NCBI RefSeq assembly: GCF_963921235.1
Contig: NC_086098.1
Span: 155,868,001 to 155,932,000 of the forward strand
Length of the DNA: 64,000 bases
Source: Mobula hypostoma
Lineage: Eukaryota
Direction of reading: 5' to 3'
This document shows, one piece after another, positions 1 through 10,476 of the stretch. Position 1 is the stretch's first letter; every line of letters begins with the position of its first letter. A program made the position numbers and the translations under genes. The notes under the pieces were generated by a model. The model worked only from the letters and a program-made list of their open reading frames with translations, was not told where the DNA came from and did no database searches.

Positions 1-1480
1 ACCTCATCCTTGACAATCGACTCCAACAACTTCCCAACCACCGACGTCAAGCTAACAGGTCTATAATTTCCTTTTTGCTTCCTTGCCCCCTTCTTAAATA
101 GCGGAGTGACATTTGCAATCTTCCAGTCGTCCGGAACCATGCCAGAATCTATCGACTTTTGAAAGATCATCGCTAATGCCTCCGCAATCTCCACAACTAC
201 TTCCTTCAGAACACAAGGGTGCATTCCATCTGGTCCAGGAGATTTATCTACCTTTAGCCTATTCAGCTTCCTGAGTACTTTTCTGTCGTTATTGTGACTG
301 CGCACACTTCTCTTCCCTGCCACTCTTGAGTGTCCGGTACCCTGCTGTCTTCCTCAGTGAAGACTGATGCAAAATACTTGTTCAGTTCCTCAGCCATCTC
401 CTTATCTCCCATTGCAATTTCTCCAGCATCATTTTCTATCGGTCTTATATCTACTCTCACCCGTCTTTTACTCTTTATATACTTGAAAAAGCTTTTAGTA
501 TCCTCTTTGATATTATTTGCTAACTTCCTTTCATAGTTAATCTTTTCCCTCTTAATGACCTTCTTAGTTTCCTTTTGTAAGGTTTTAAAAACTTCCCAAT
601 CCTCTGTCTTCCCACTAATTTTTACTTCCTTGTATGCCTTCTCCTTAGCTTTAACTTTGGCTTTGACTTCTCTTGTCAACCACGGTTGCATCCTTTTTCC
701 ACTCGAAAATTTCTTCTTTTTTGGAATATACCTGTCTTGCACATTCCTCATTTCTCGCACAAACTCCAGCCACTGCTGCTCTGCCGTCTTTCCTGCCAGT
801 GTCTCTTTCCAGTCAACTTTGGCCAGTTCCTCTCTCCTTTACTCCACTGAAACACCGACACATCAGATTTCAGCTTCTCTTTTTCTAATTTCACAGTGAA
901 CTCAATCATGTTATGATCACTGCCTCCTAAGGGTTCTCTTCACCTCAATCTCTCCAATCACCTCCGGTTCATTACACAATACCCAATCCAGTACAGCCGA
1001 TCCCCTAGTGGGCTCAACAACAAGCTGTTCTAAAAAGCCATCTCGCAGACATTTTAGAAATTCTCTCTCTTGAGATCCAGTGCCGACCTGATTTTTCCAA
1101 TCTACTCGCATGTTAAAATCCCCCACAATTATCATAACACTTCCCTTCTGACAAGCCTTTTCTACTTCCAGTTGTAATTTGTAGTCCACGTCCCTGCAGC
1201 TGTTTGGAGGCCTATAAATAACTGCCATCAGGGTCCTTTTACCCCTGCTATTCCTTTGCTCAACCCATAAAGTTTCTGCACCTTCCGATCCTATATCACC
1301 TTTTTCTAATGATTTAATATCATTTCTTACCAATAAAGCCACGCCTCCCCCTCTGCCTACCTTCCTATCGTTCCGATACACAGTGTATCCTTGGACGTTC
1401 AGCTCCCAGAGACATGCATCCTTTAGCCAGGTCTCAGTGATGGCCACAATATCATACCTGCCAATCTGTAGCTGTACAAC
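1..1480 (-). mobile_element. CR1-clade LINE, ORF2 (APE endonuclease to start of RT), degenerate, runs off left edge
   Basis: ORF 917-1447 has APE motifs (AITETWL, MAVIYRPP, IVGDFN, LDWVLCN). ORF 263-760 continues the linker (KSFFKYIKSK...ELNKYFASVFT). Bases 1-260 encode the KSPGPDG..YRPVSLTSVVGKLLE region. Confidence 0.92.
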
Positions 1481-2171
1481 AAGGTATCAACAAGGTATCA
1501 ACACGGAAATGAATTCGGTATAGTGCAGCAAGCATATTACGAGAAAATAGGCGCTGACAACTAATACTGTGTATCCATATACACACAGCCGAAGGGAGTT
1601 CGACCTGAAATATTAACGTAGTTACTCTTTTCACCAATCCATCCAGCCTTCTGGCCCATTGCTTTTTAGATTTCCAAAATTTGCATTTTTCATGCCCACT
1701 TCACCTGCGCCGTGAACGCCATTTCAGAGGCATAAAATTAAACCACATAATATGTTTTTAAGAATCCAGTCGTTCGTCACGATTCATGCCGAGCTGATTA
1801 ATTTACCATAAGAACAGTCGATAACGACGATCAATAATTAGCTCGAATCGAATTATTTAGATACTTAACATATTATTGTGTTTCGCGAGTGTTCAACATT
1901 TTTAGAACCTTTTTGCTGCAGTTTTTCATGCTCAGACATCGACCTAAATTCGATGTACTCAACTTCTAAAACAGCACCCGAACCCAATTAAAATGGATAA
2001 ACCTTGAAGCGTTCTACCTGCCTAACCAAATTCTTATCCAAGTTTCGATTCCGAATTACTAATTTCTAGGATATAAACATAAATGGCCCTTGGGATGAGG
2101 GAGACATCTGAAGAGTTGGGTTTTTGAAAAACTAAATTGTAAGAAAAATCAGTTTCACTCAATAGATACAA

Positions 2172-2330
2172 ACAAAATGCTGGAGGAACTCAGCAAGTCA
2201 GACAGCATCAATTGGAAAAAGTACAGTCGACGTTTCGGGCCGAGACCCTTCGGCAGGATCACGGCCCGAAACGTCGACAGTACTTTTTTCCATAAATATT
2301 GCCTAATATTGAGTTCCTCCAGCATTTTGT
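2172..2330. repeat. Imperfect palindromic (hairpin) interspersed repeat
   Basis: Outer arms acaaaatgctggaggaactca / tgagttcctccagcattttgt. Inner perfect stem gtcgacgtttcgggccg (2226-2242) / cggcccgaaacgtcgac (2262-2278). Related full or half copies at about 3600-3680, 14650-14750, 16965-17130, 23820-23920, 35740-35935, 36870-37075, 37570-37700, 42470-42620, 45640-45690 and 62895-62965. Confidence 0.9.
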
Positions 2331-2462
2331 GTGTGTTGCTTGGATTTCCAGCATCTGCAAATTTTCTCTTGTTTGAGTGTTAGTCAATAATCATGTTTAT
2401 TATTTATCTTTGTAAACAAGAACTAGGAGCAATCTTGCATGAAGAAACAGTATTTTACTTAC

Positions 2463-2807
2463 TTCCAATACTCAGCCTCGTTCCTTTGCCGAAGAATAAG
2501 CCGTTTTTCCACATGGCACAGTAATAATCCGCAGCGTCCTCAGGTTGAACGTTAGGTATTGTGAATGTCGCAGTGTTGCCCGACACAGAGCCGGAGAAAC
2601 GGTCTGGAATTCCCGAGCCTTTGTAAATACTACTACCGGACCAATAGTATATCAGAAGCCGGGGAATCTTTCCAGGAATCTGCCGTTACCAGTACACATT
2701 GTCGCTACCTAAACTGGCGCCAGACATGGTACAGGTGATTTGAACGTTCTGACCCAGAGAGGTGGACTTCGAAGGTGGCTGGTTTACTGTGATTTCCGCG
2801 TTTGAAT
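2463..2807 (-). other. IGL: V-J exon (345 nt, phase 1/phase 1)
   Basis: Acceptor ttttttttttcag| at 2808-2820. 11-nt leader part 2 (AT TCA AAC GCG). Donor GGA A|GTAAGT at 2462-2457. Confidence 0.93.
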
Positions 2808-2950
2808 CTGAAAAAAAAAAGACGAAGATCAGAGAAAACAATAAAGTCCACTTACAGTACTGATACTGATACAGTAGTAAACTATGGTAACGACTACCCA
2901 TGGAATAGTGCTGACAAGATATCTGCCTCTGATGAAAGTAAAATACTCAC

Positions 2951-2999
2951 GAACTGCGCAAAGCACCAGCGCACTGAAAACACGCATCCAGTAAGACAT
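2951..2999 (-). other. IGL: Leader (signal peptide) exon 1, 16 codons + 1 nt
   Basis: ATG at 2999-2997, hydrophobic MSYWMRVFSALVLCAV, donor C|GTGAGT at 2950-2945. The 143-nt intron is phase-compatible with the V-J exon. Confidence 0.9.
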
Positions 3000-3059
3000 T
3001 GCTGTTAGATGACTGGAGCTCCGACAGGCGACCGCTTCTCAGATGTTTCCCCAGCCCAC

Positions 3060-3107
3060 TTATAAATCGGGTGACGAGGCGTCATGTGTAGGTCTATTTA
3101 TGCAAAT
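3060..3107 (-). promoter_or_regulatory. Ig light-chain promoter: octamer + TATA-like box
   Basis: ATTTGCAT in gene-sense orientation (3107-3100, the light-chain orientation) about 100 bp upstream of the ATG. ATTTATAA at 3067-3060. Confidence 0.85.
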
Positions 3108-3769
3108 CAGCCAAATCGGAACGTTCCTTGACTCCAATCAGAAGTTGCCAGATGCATGCTGAGTTAAACTATTCCTCGTATATTCGGCAGATATAGACTT
3201 GCTTATGAATTTTGTATCGTCACATGCGTTAATGTTTTATTAAGTATAAATAGAAATTGAACAATATTAACCGTCTCTTCATTATCAATTGAAATTTGTA
3301 AATTTTCGTAATTTTAGAAACCACAAATTCCATAACCTTCCAAGCCCAAGCATGGAAGGCACGAGAAGGATTAATATACTACTCCAAGCTGCATTTGAAT
3401 TGTTTTAGGATTGTCAATTAATTGTCAGTTCTGAGAATCTCTGTGTACAGTCTGTGCTGCTTGCGGGAGGGCCCTGCTGTCTGTGAACCACACGAACGCA
3501 CAGAAGATTTTTTCCCCAAAGAACAGCAGCAGTAACAACTGCATAGAGCAAAATGGTGTTGCAATTCACTTCAAAGCAGTCAAAATGGGGCTATACATTT
3601 TACTCACAAACAAAAGGAAATCTGCAGTTGCTGAAATCTGAGCAACACACACAAAATGCTGTCTGACCTGCTGTGTGTGTGTGGCTATATACTTAATCGA
3701 CACGATGACCTAAATGGTAGATATATTGATATGTAATTTTATTTTTATTTGATATAATTATTTTCAGAC

Positions 3770-4300
3770 TGCACATGGACTATTGCGAGCACATTTAGAC
3801 CCTTTATCTAAGAAAGGATGTGCTGGCATTGGGAGCAAGTTTACAATAATGACTCCGAGAATGAAAGAGTTAACGTATGAAGAGTGTCTAATGGCTCTGG
3901 GCCTGTACTCGCTGGAATTTAGAAGAATAGGGGAGGAGGGGTGTCCAGTGAAACTTGTTGAATATTGAAAGGTTTAGATAGAGTGGATGCAGAGAGGGTG
4001 CTTCCGAGAGTGAAGGAGTCTCGGACCGGAGGGCGCAGCCTCAGGATATAAGGGCGTCCCTTTAGAACAGAGGAATTTCTTTAGCCAGAGGGTGGTGAAT
4101 CTGTGGAATTCATTGCCACAGAGGATTGTGAAGGCCAAGTCATTGAGTATATTGATAGTTCTTGATTAGTCAGGGCGTCAAAGGTTCGGGTAGAAGTCAG
4201 GAGAATGGGTTTGAGAGGGATAATAAATCAGCCATGACGGAATGGCGGAGAAAACCCCATGGGCCAAATGCCGTAATTCTGCTCCTATGTCTTATGTAAT
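3770..4300 (+). mobile_element. Old CR1 3' fragment
   Basis: Degenerate LYSLEFRR..FFSQRVVNLWNSLP region and CR1 3' UTR with ttatg repeat tail. Confidence 0.8.
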
Positions 4301-4568
4301 TATGGTCTTATTGTGAATTTTGAATAGAAAAATCCGTCGCTGCACGAGGAATAAAGAACAATGTCTGCAAAATCGCCTTCAGGTCCGTGACAGAAAAGAT
4401 GTAATGTCTTAATGATTGCGGATCCTCTCCTTCCCTCTGACAAAATATAAAGGTTCAAAAAGTCATACTAGGAAACTTTTTGGAATTCTATTTGTTAAAG
4501 GGAGAACAAGTGAGGATCACAGAGGAAAACGGCGCGTCCTTTTTAAAGAGCGTAAAAGCCGAGATTAC

Positions 4569-4822
4569 ATGAGAAGTATTAATGTAACTCCAGATTTTAA
4601 TAGCAATTTGAGACATTTATATAGCACTTGCAACAGGAGTACTGGAAAAGTGAACAAACATGCGAACGATCTGGAGCCTGCAACCTGAGAAATTGCTTCT
4701 ACGGTTTTAGGGGCTTGACGTGGCTGCACGAGCGTGGGCATTTCAAACCGGATGCAGACATTCTCCCGAGTGAAGTTCTTACAAGCACCAATATCAATGG
4801 AAGCAATATCGTAATGATAAAT
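4569..4822 (-). pseudogene. Candidate heavily decayed V(J) relic
   Basis: Collinear matches to the 2.5-kb V: DI...ENVxIxF vs EI...QNVQITC (same 18-residue FR1 spacing), QPRQAPKTV, TCCAGATCGTTC vs TCCAGACCGTTTC, FTFP vs FTIP, YKC vs YYC. Manual alignment only. Confidence 0.4.
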
Positions 4823-5239
4823 CCAGAAAAACAACTTCGATCAGTTTAGGGTTATTAATGCACTGAGACGAACGGTGTGTTATGTTTTGCGTGAGGGAGT
4901 TTATATATATATCTTTTACTTCATGCAAAGCTAACATCGATTAAACCTTGAAAATCGACATCCGCTAATGGTTTTATCAATTCAAACTACATTAGAATTT
5001 TAAGTGGAATGGGCAGAAAGAATTGGAAAGGGGAACAGAAAGGGCAATCCAGACAGAAATTGTTTCAAATGGATACATCTGCAGAATAAAAGGAAATCCA
5101 AAACGTTCTGAGACTATTATTGTAAAGGTATGAGAATGAAACGATTCAGGAGGATAATGTATAATTGTGTAATTCAGGTAATTCAGGGACCATCTGATAC
5201 AATAAGCGATTTCCTTGCATTCAGTGAAAAGTACTCTCA

Positions 5240-6420
5240 ACCCCATTCTCCTGCCTTCTCGCTGTAAGCCGGACTCCCTTGCTAATTAAGAAACCATCAA
5301 CCTCTGCTTTAAATATACCCAATGAATTGGCCTACACAGCCGTCTGCGGAAATGAATTCCACAGATTTACTACCCGCTGGCTAAAAAAAAAACTGTTCCT
5401 CATCTCTGTTCTGAACAGAAGTCCTTCTATTCTGAGGGTGCAGACCCTCTGGTCCCAGACTCCCCATTATAGGAGATATCCTCTGCACATCCACTCTATC
5501 TAGGTCTTTCAATATTCTATAAATTTCAATGATATCCCCCCCCCCCCCGTTCTTCTAAACTCTAGCATGTATAGGCCCAGAGCCGTGAAACGCTCCTCAT
5601 ATGTTAACGTTTTCATTCCAGGGTTCATTCTCGTGAACTTCATCAGGACCCTCTGCAATCCCAGTACATCCCTCCTGAAATAAAGGGCACAAAAATACTA
5701 ACAATAATCCTAGTGCTGTCTGACCAGTGCCTTATAAAGCCTCAGCACTCTATTCATATTATGATCACTGCTTCCTAAGGGTCCATAAACCTTAAGCTCT
5801 CTAATCCAATCCAGAATTGCCTTTTCCCTCGTGCTTCAACCACCCTTAGCTCTAAATCGCCATCTGGTGTGCATTGTATAAATTCCTTCTCTTGGGATCC
5901 AGCACCAACCTGATGTTCACAATCTGCCTGCATACTGACATCCCCAACGGCTGTCGTTAGAGTGCCTTTTCACATACCTTTTCTGTCTCCCGTTGTAATT
6001 TGTAGTCCACATCCTGACTACTGTTCGGAGGCCTATATATAACTCCGATCAGGATCTTTTTACTCTTGAATTCTTTTAACTCTAGTCACAAGGATTTGAC
6101 ATTTGCCGACCCTATGTCACCTCTTACTAACGATTTGATTTATTTTTTATCAACAGAGCCACCCAACCCCCTCTGCTTACCCGCTTGTCCTTTCGATAAA
6201 CTGTGCATCTTTGGGTCCCAACTATGATCTTCTTTCAGTCTCTGCTCGGTTATGCCCAAAATGTCATACCTGCCCATTTCTAACTGTGTTACAAGATCAT
6301 CTAACTTGTTCAGTATAATGCCTGCATTCAAGTATAACATCTGCAATCCCGTATTGAGCGGCCTTTTCGATTGTGATTCCATGTTACCCGAAGTTAAATT
6401 CTTATCCCTTTCTAAACTTC
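5240..6420 (-). mobile_element. Old CR1 fragments (3' end and endonuclease region)
   Basis: ORF 6140-6382 LYLNA..LNKLDDL..YDILGITE (APE start). 5240-5760 matches CR1 3' RT/UTR. Confidence 0.75.
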
Positions 6421-6744
6421 TTGTCTTTTTCCAGCACTCCCCTTCTCTATCAGTTTATTCTCACTTTTCTCCTTCAGTTCCATTGAATGAACGGGTGGCA
6501 AAGAGTTGATATTAGCGGTGAGCCTTTCGACAATGGAAGATAAGCCCAAAATGAAACAGTGGGAATAGTCAGAAGACCTGGAAGAGTCTGAATTTGTCCT
6601 CGCCTTTCGACTCTGCTGAAGTCTTGCTGATTTTGCTTTCACACCTCCGAGAAAAGAATCCCATGGCTGAATCTTCACACCTGGGAGCCATGCCGTTATC
6701 AGACTGGAACACTTTCTTCCACACTCCTATTGGTCTTGACCATA

Positions 6745-7557
6745 AGACCATAAAGATATAGGAGCAGAATTAGGCCATTTGGCCCATCGAGTCTGCTCTA
6801 CAATTTCATCATTGCTGATCCATTTATCCTCTCAGCCTCAATCTCCTGCCTTCTCCCTGTATCCTTTCATGCCCTGAACAATCAAGAATCTATCAACCTC
6901 GGCCTTAAATATACATAAATTATTGTCTTCCACAGCCCCCAGTAGCAACAAATTCCACTGATTCACCACTGTCTAGTGAAAGTAATTCCTCCTCATCTCT
7001 GTTCTAAAATCATGCCTCTCTATTCTGAGGCTGTGTCCCCTGGTTTTAGACTCTCCCACCATAGGAAATATCCTCTCCACATCCACTTTATCGAAGCCTT
7101 TCAACTTTCTATAGGTTCCAATTAGATTTCCCCATCATTCTTCTGTACTCTAGTGTGTTGGGCACGTGGCCAAGTGGTCAAGGCGTTCTCTAGTGATCTG
7201 AAGGTCTCCAGTTCGAGCCTCAGCTGTGGCAGCGTGTTTGTGTCCTTGAGCAAGGCACTTAAGCACACATTGCTCTAGTGTCTGTGCGAGGAGTGGTGCC
7301 CCACACAGACTTCGAATCTGTGCCTTGTAAGGCATGAAAATGCCCGACGCAGGCCTCTCATGGTCTGAGTCAACGTTCCCCCTCCCTAGTGATTACAGGC
7401 CAAGAGGCCTGTACGTCATACGTCATACGTCAAGCCATTCAATCCTGGACCCATTTTCGTGATCCTCCTTTGAATCCTCTCCAGTGTCAGCACATCCTTT
7501 CTAAGATAAGGGACCCAAAACTACTCACAATACTGCAAGTGAGGCCAAGCTTCATCA
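6745..7557 (-). mobile_element. CR1 3' fragment interrupted by a SINE
   Basis: accataagaccataag tail and CR1 3' RT sequence resuming after the 7156-7385 insertion. Confidence 0.8.
7156..7385 (+). mobile_element. tRNA-headed SINE with target-site duplication
   Basis: Box A TGGCCAAGTGG, box B GTTCGAGCC. Flanking direct repeat ctagtg (7150-7155, 7386-7391). Confidence 0.85.
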
Positions 7558-8215
7558 TTAGATTAGATTAGATTAGGTAAAATTATGAGGACACGCAGTC
7601 CTCTTTTATTGTCATTTAGTAATGCATGCATTAAGAAATGATACAATTTGTTCCTCCAGAATGATACCACAGAAACACAAGACAAACCAACACTAAAAAA
7701 AAAACTGACAGAAACCACATAATTATAACATATAGTTACAACAGTACAAAGCAATACCGTAATTTGATGAAGAACAGACCATGGACACGGTAAAAAAAAA
7801 GTCTCAAAGTCTCTCGAAAGTCCCATCATCTCACGCAGACGGTTTAAGGGAGAAGCTCTCCCTGCCATGAGCTTCCAGCGCCGCAAATTTGCCGATGCAG
7901 CATCCTGGAAGCACCTGACCACAGTCCGACTCTGAGTCCATCCAAAAACTTCGAGCTTCCGACCAGCCCTCCGACACCGAGCACCGAGCACCATCTCTGC
8001 CGAGCGCTTCGATCCTGGCCCCGGCAACAGGCAATAGGCAAAGCCAAGGATTTGGGGCCTTCCCTCCGGAGATTCTCGATCGCACAGTAGCAGTGGCAGC
8101 GAAGCAGGCATTTCAGATTCTCACGTCTGTCTCCATCAAATCAGGATTGTGCACGGCCCCTATTTAACAAATACCATGTCAATTCGGAGGGCCGCGCCGC
8201 CATCTTCTCCTCCCC
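7558..8215 (-). mobile_element. Non-autonomous non-LTR retroposon with (AATCT)n tail
   Basis: 5' end aagatggcggcg. 3' end tgacaataaaagaggactg..(taatc)n. The same 3' end recurs on + at about 22440-22545. Confidence 0.7.
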
Positions 8216-8409
8216 TCCATTAAATAAATCTTTCATTTTATAGTCTAGTCTTCTTGAAATGAAAGTCAACATCGCATTTGCTCTCCTCATCACTGACTCG
8301 GTCTGCAAATTAACCTTTAAGGAATCCTTCACAAGGACCCCCAAGTGCCTTTGCGCTACAGATTTTTAAATATTTCTCTCCAATTAGAAAATCACTACCA
8401 AAGTGATTT

Positions 8410-8760
8410 AGCTATGCTCCTAGTAGGGTCACCCATGGCGCTAAGGTCGAAGGTAAGGTCCCTGACAAAGAACAATCCAACCAAGACCTCAACGGTTGAA
8501 CAGGCGGATGAAGTTACTTCGAACTGAACGGCTGTGAAGGCGGATGAAGGCTGCATGAAATCCATCAGCTTCAATCGTCGTGGTTCCATGCCATTGGAAT
8601 CAGTTGGTAGATTTGTGAAGTATCGTGTGCTTCTTGGAGTGCAACATCAAGTACACGTTAAACAAATACACGCACAGGCGTCTTCACTCCGTGGGCCACT
8701 TCAGAATGAAGACCATCATCCTCGACCTCGAGGGATAGCCACGATGACCAAAGTGCATTG
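8410..8760 (+). mobile_element. Probable RTE-clade (Expander/Rex3-like) internally deleted element
   Basis: Begins cctagtagggtcacccatggc..cctgacaaagaacaatcc, resembling RTE 5' regions recalled from memory. No ORF support. Confidence 0.4.
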
Positions 8761-9420
8761 ACGATACACTTCCCGACACAGTATTCCATCTGCCACTTCA
8801 TTGTCTGTTCACCTAATCTGTCTAAATCCTTCTGTAGCCTCTCTACTTCCACTAAACTACCTGTCACTCCATCTATCTTCGTATCGTTTAAAAAATTTGC
8901 AACGAAGCCACCAATACCGTCATCCAAGTCATTGCCATATAACGTAAAAGAAAGCAGTCCCAAGAGGGACTGCTGTGGAATCCCACTAGTCACCGGCAGC
9001 CAACCACAAAATGCTCCCTTTATTCTAACTCCTTATCTCCTGCCAATCTGACTTTGCTTTATCCATGGTAGAATCTTTCTTGTGATACTATGGGCTTGTA
9101 CCTTGTTACGCAGCCTCGTGTGTGGCACCTTGTCAAAGGCCTTCTGAAAATCCAGAATCCAACATCAACTGATTCTCTTTTGTATAACCTCCCTACTAAT
9201 TCTTCAAAGGATTCCAACAGATCTGTCAGGCAAGATTTTCCCTTGAGGAAACCATTCCCTTGGGTGACCCTGAGATCTCATCCTTAACAATCGACTCCAA
9301 AATTTTCCAAGCACTGAGGTCAGACTAACTGGCCTACAATTTCCTTTCTTCTGCCTCTCTGCCTTCTTGAATACAGGAGTGACATTTGCAATTTTCCAGT
9401 CTTCTGGATCTATTCCAGGA
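8758..9420 (-). mobile_element. Old CR1 RT fragment
   Basis: ORF 8658-8993 VTSGIPQQSLLG..NDLDDG..FLNDTKI..WQMEY. Confidence 0.85.
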
Positions 9421-9612
9421 TGCTACAAAGATTATTTCTTTTTTAAACTGACTCTTGGTGAGATGTGCTGTCGCCACAAGCGAGTAGGGTGTTGTACGGT
9501 CATCAGTGAATTAGTTTGTGCTTTGGGAAATTTCTGCTTTAAACCAAACCACTAAACACAAATTGCCTAGTTGTTAACCTTATGTATGTAAAAGTTGCAT
9601 TCTTCTGCTTAG

Positions 9613-9892
9613 GAGAAATTCCTCTGGGATCCTACAGGCATTAACCCGCCTTATAAAGAGATGCACTCAAAACATATTCCAATACAGTCAGGGAAAATAT
9701 AGTCTAGAACGTAGAAAACATTCCCAGGAATATGATACCAGCAGAATCTAAAGGCCCAAGAGGACATGCGCTTCAAGTGGAAAATAACATTCACATCTCG
9801 TTGTGGTTTGGAAATCTATCGTTATTTCTTTATTACCGTTGGAGTTAAATTATGGAATTGCGGCACTGGTAATAGACTTAGGAAAATAATTC
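9613..9892 (+). pseudogene. Decayed germline-joined V-J relic
   Basis: Acceptor ttctgcttag|. NPPYK vs NQPPSK. ATTCCCAGGAATATGATA vs ATTCCCCGGCTTCTGATA. One frame over 9769-9892 reads RF..TFT..YFF..CGTGNRL, ending at a phase-1 donor C|GTAAGT (9893-9898). Confidence 0.6.
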
Positions 9893-10476
9893 GTAAGTGT
9901 GACATTGGAAAAGTGTGTATGGAAGTGGATGAGATAGCAAAGGTACTTAATCAGTACTTTGCTTCAGTATTCACTACGGAAGAGGATCATGGCAATTGTA
10001 GGGATGACTTGCAGCGGATTGAAAAGCTGGAGCATGTAGATATTAAGGAAGAGGATGTGCTGGAGCTCTTGGAAAGCAACAAGTTGGATAAGTCACCGGG
10101 ACCGGACGGGATGGACCCAAGGCTACTGTGGGAGCCGAGGGGGGAGATTGCTGAGCCTCTGGCGATGATCTTTGCATCATCAATGAGGACGGGAGAGTTC
10201 CGGAGCATTGGAAGGTGCTGATGTTTTTCCATTATTCAAGAAAGGGAGTTGAGGTAGCCCAGGAAATTATAGACGAGTGGGTCTTACTTCAATGGTTGGT
10301 AAGTTGATGGAGAATATCATGAGAAGCTGGATTTATGAACATTTGGAGAGGCATAATATGATTAGGAATAGCCAGCATGGCTTTGTCAAAGGCAGGTCGT
10401 GCCTTACGAGCCAGACTGATCTTTTTGAGGATGTGACTAAACACATTGATGATGGCAGAGCAGTAGATGTAGTGTA

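Larger units (their letters stand above)
2463..2999 (-). pseudogene. IGL: Immunoglobulin light chain (lambda-like) leader + germline-joined V-J, one premature stop; C exon not in window
   Basis: Spliced product [130 protein letters not shown]. Both Cys, the Trp, DxxxYxC and FGxG motifs are present. TAA at 2688-2686 sits where Tyr is expected. V and J are contiguous with no RSS. Confidence 0.93.

Noticed and set aside
1480-1501. 11-bp tandem caaggtatcaa
   Set aside because: It sits at a CR1 5' junction and is likely an insertion or slippage scar.
2119-2160. Nonamer-like GGTTTTTGA
   Set aside because: No heptamer at 12 or 23 bp. CACAGTG/CACTGTG at 29734, 41904 and 46502 likewise lack nonamers, so no RSS is called.
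2686-2901. ORF MGSRYH..DNVYW from the ORF track
   Set aside because: The N-terminus is intron read-through. The real start is the leader exon at 2999.
3505-3590. DADYYC-like and LFFG-like matches on minus strand
   Set aside because: They require deleting nearly all of FR3 and CDR3, so the segment is too compressed to distinguish from chance.
6510-6700. EDSAMGFF motif on minus strand
   Set aside because: A single motif, and the spacing to the J-like segment is too long.
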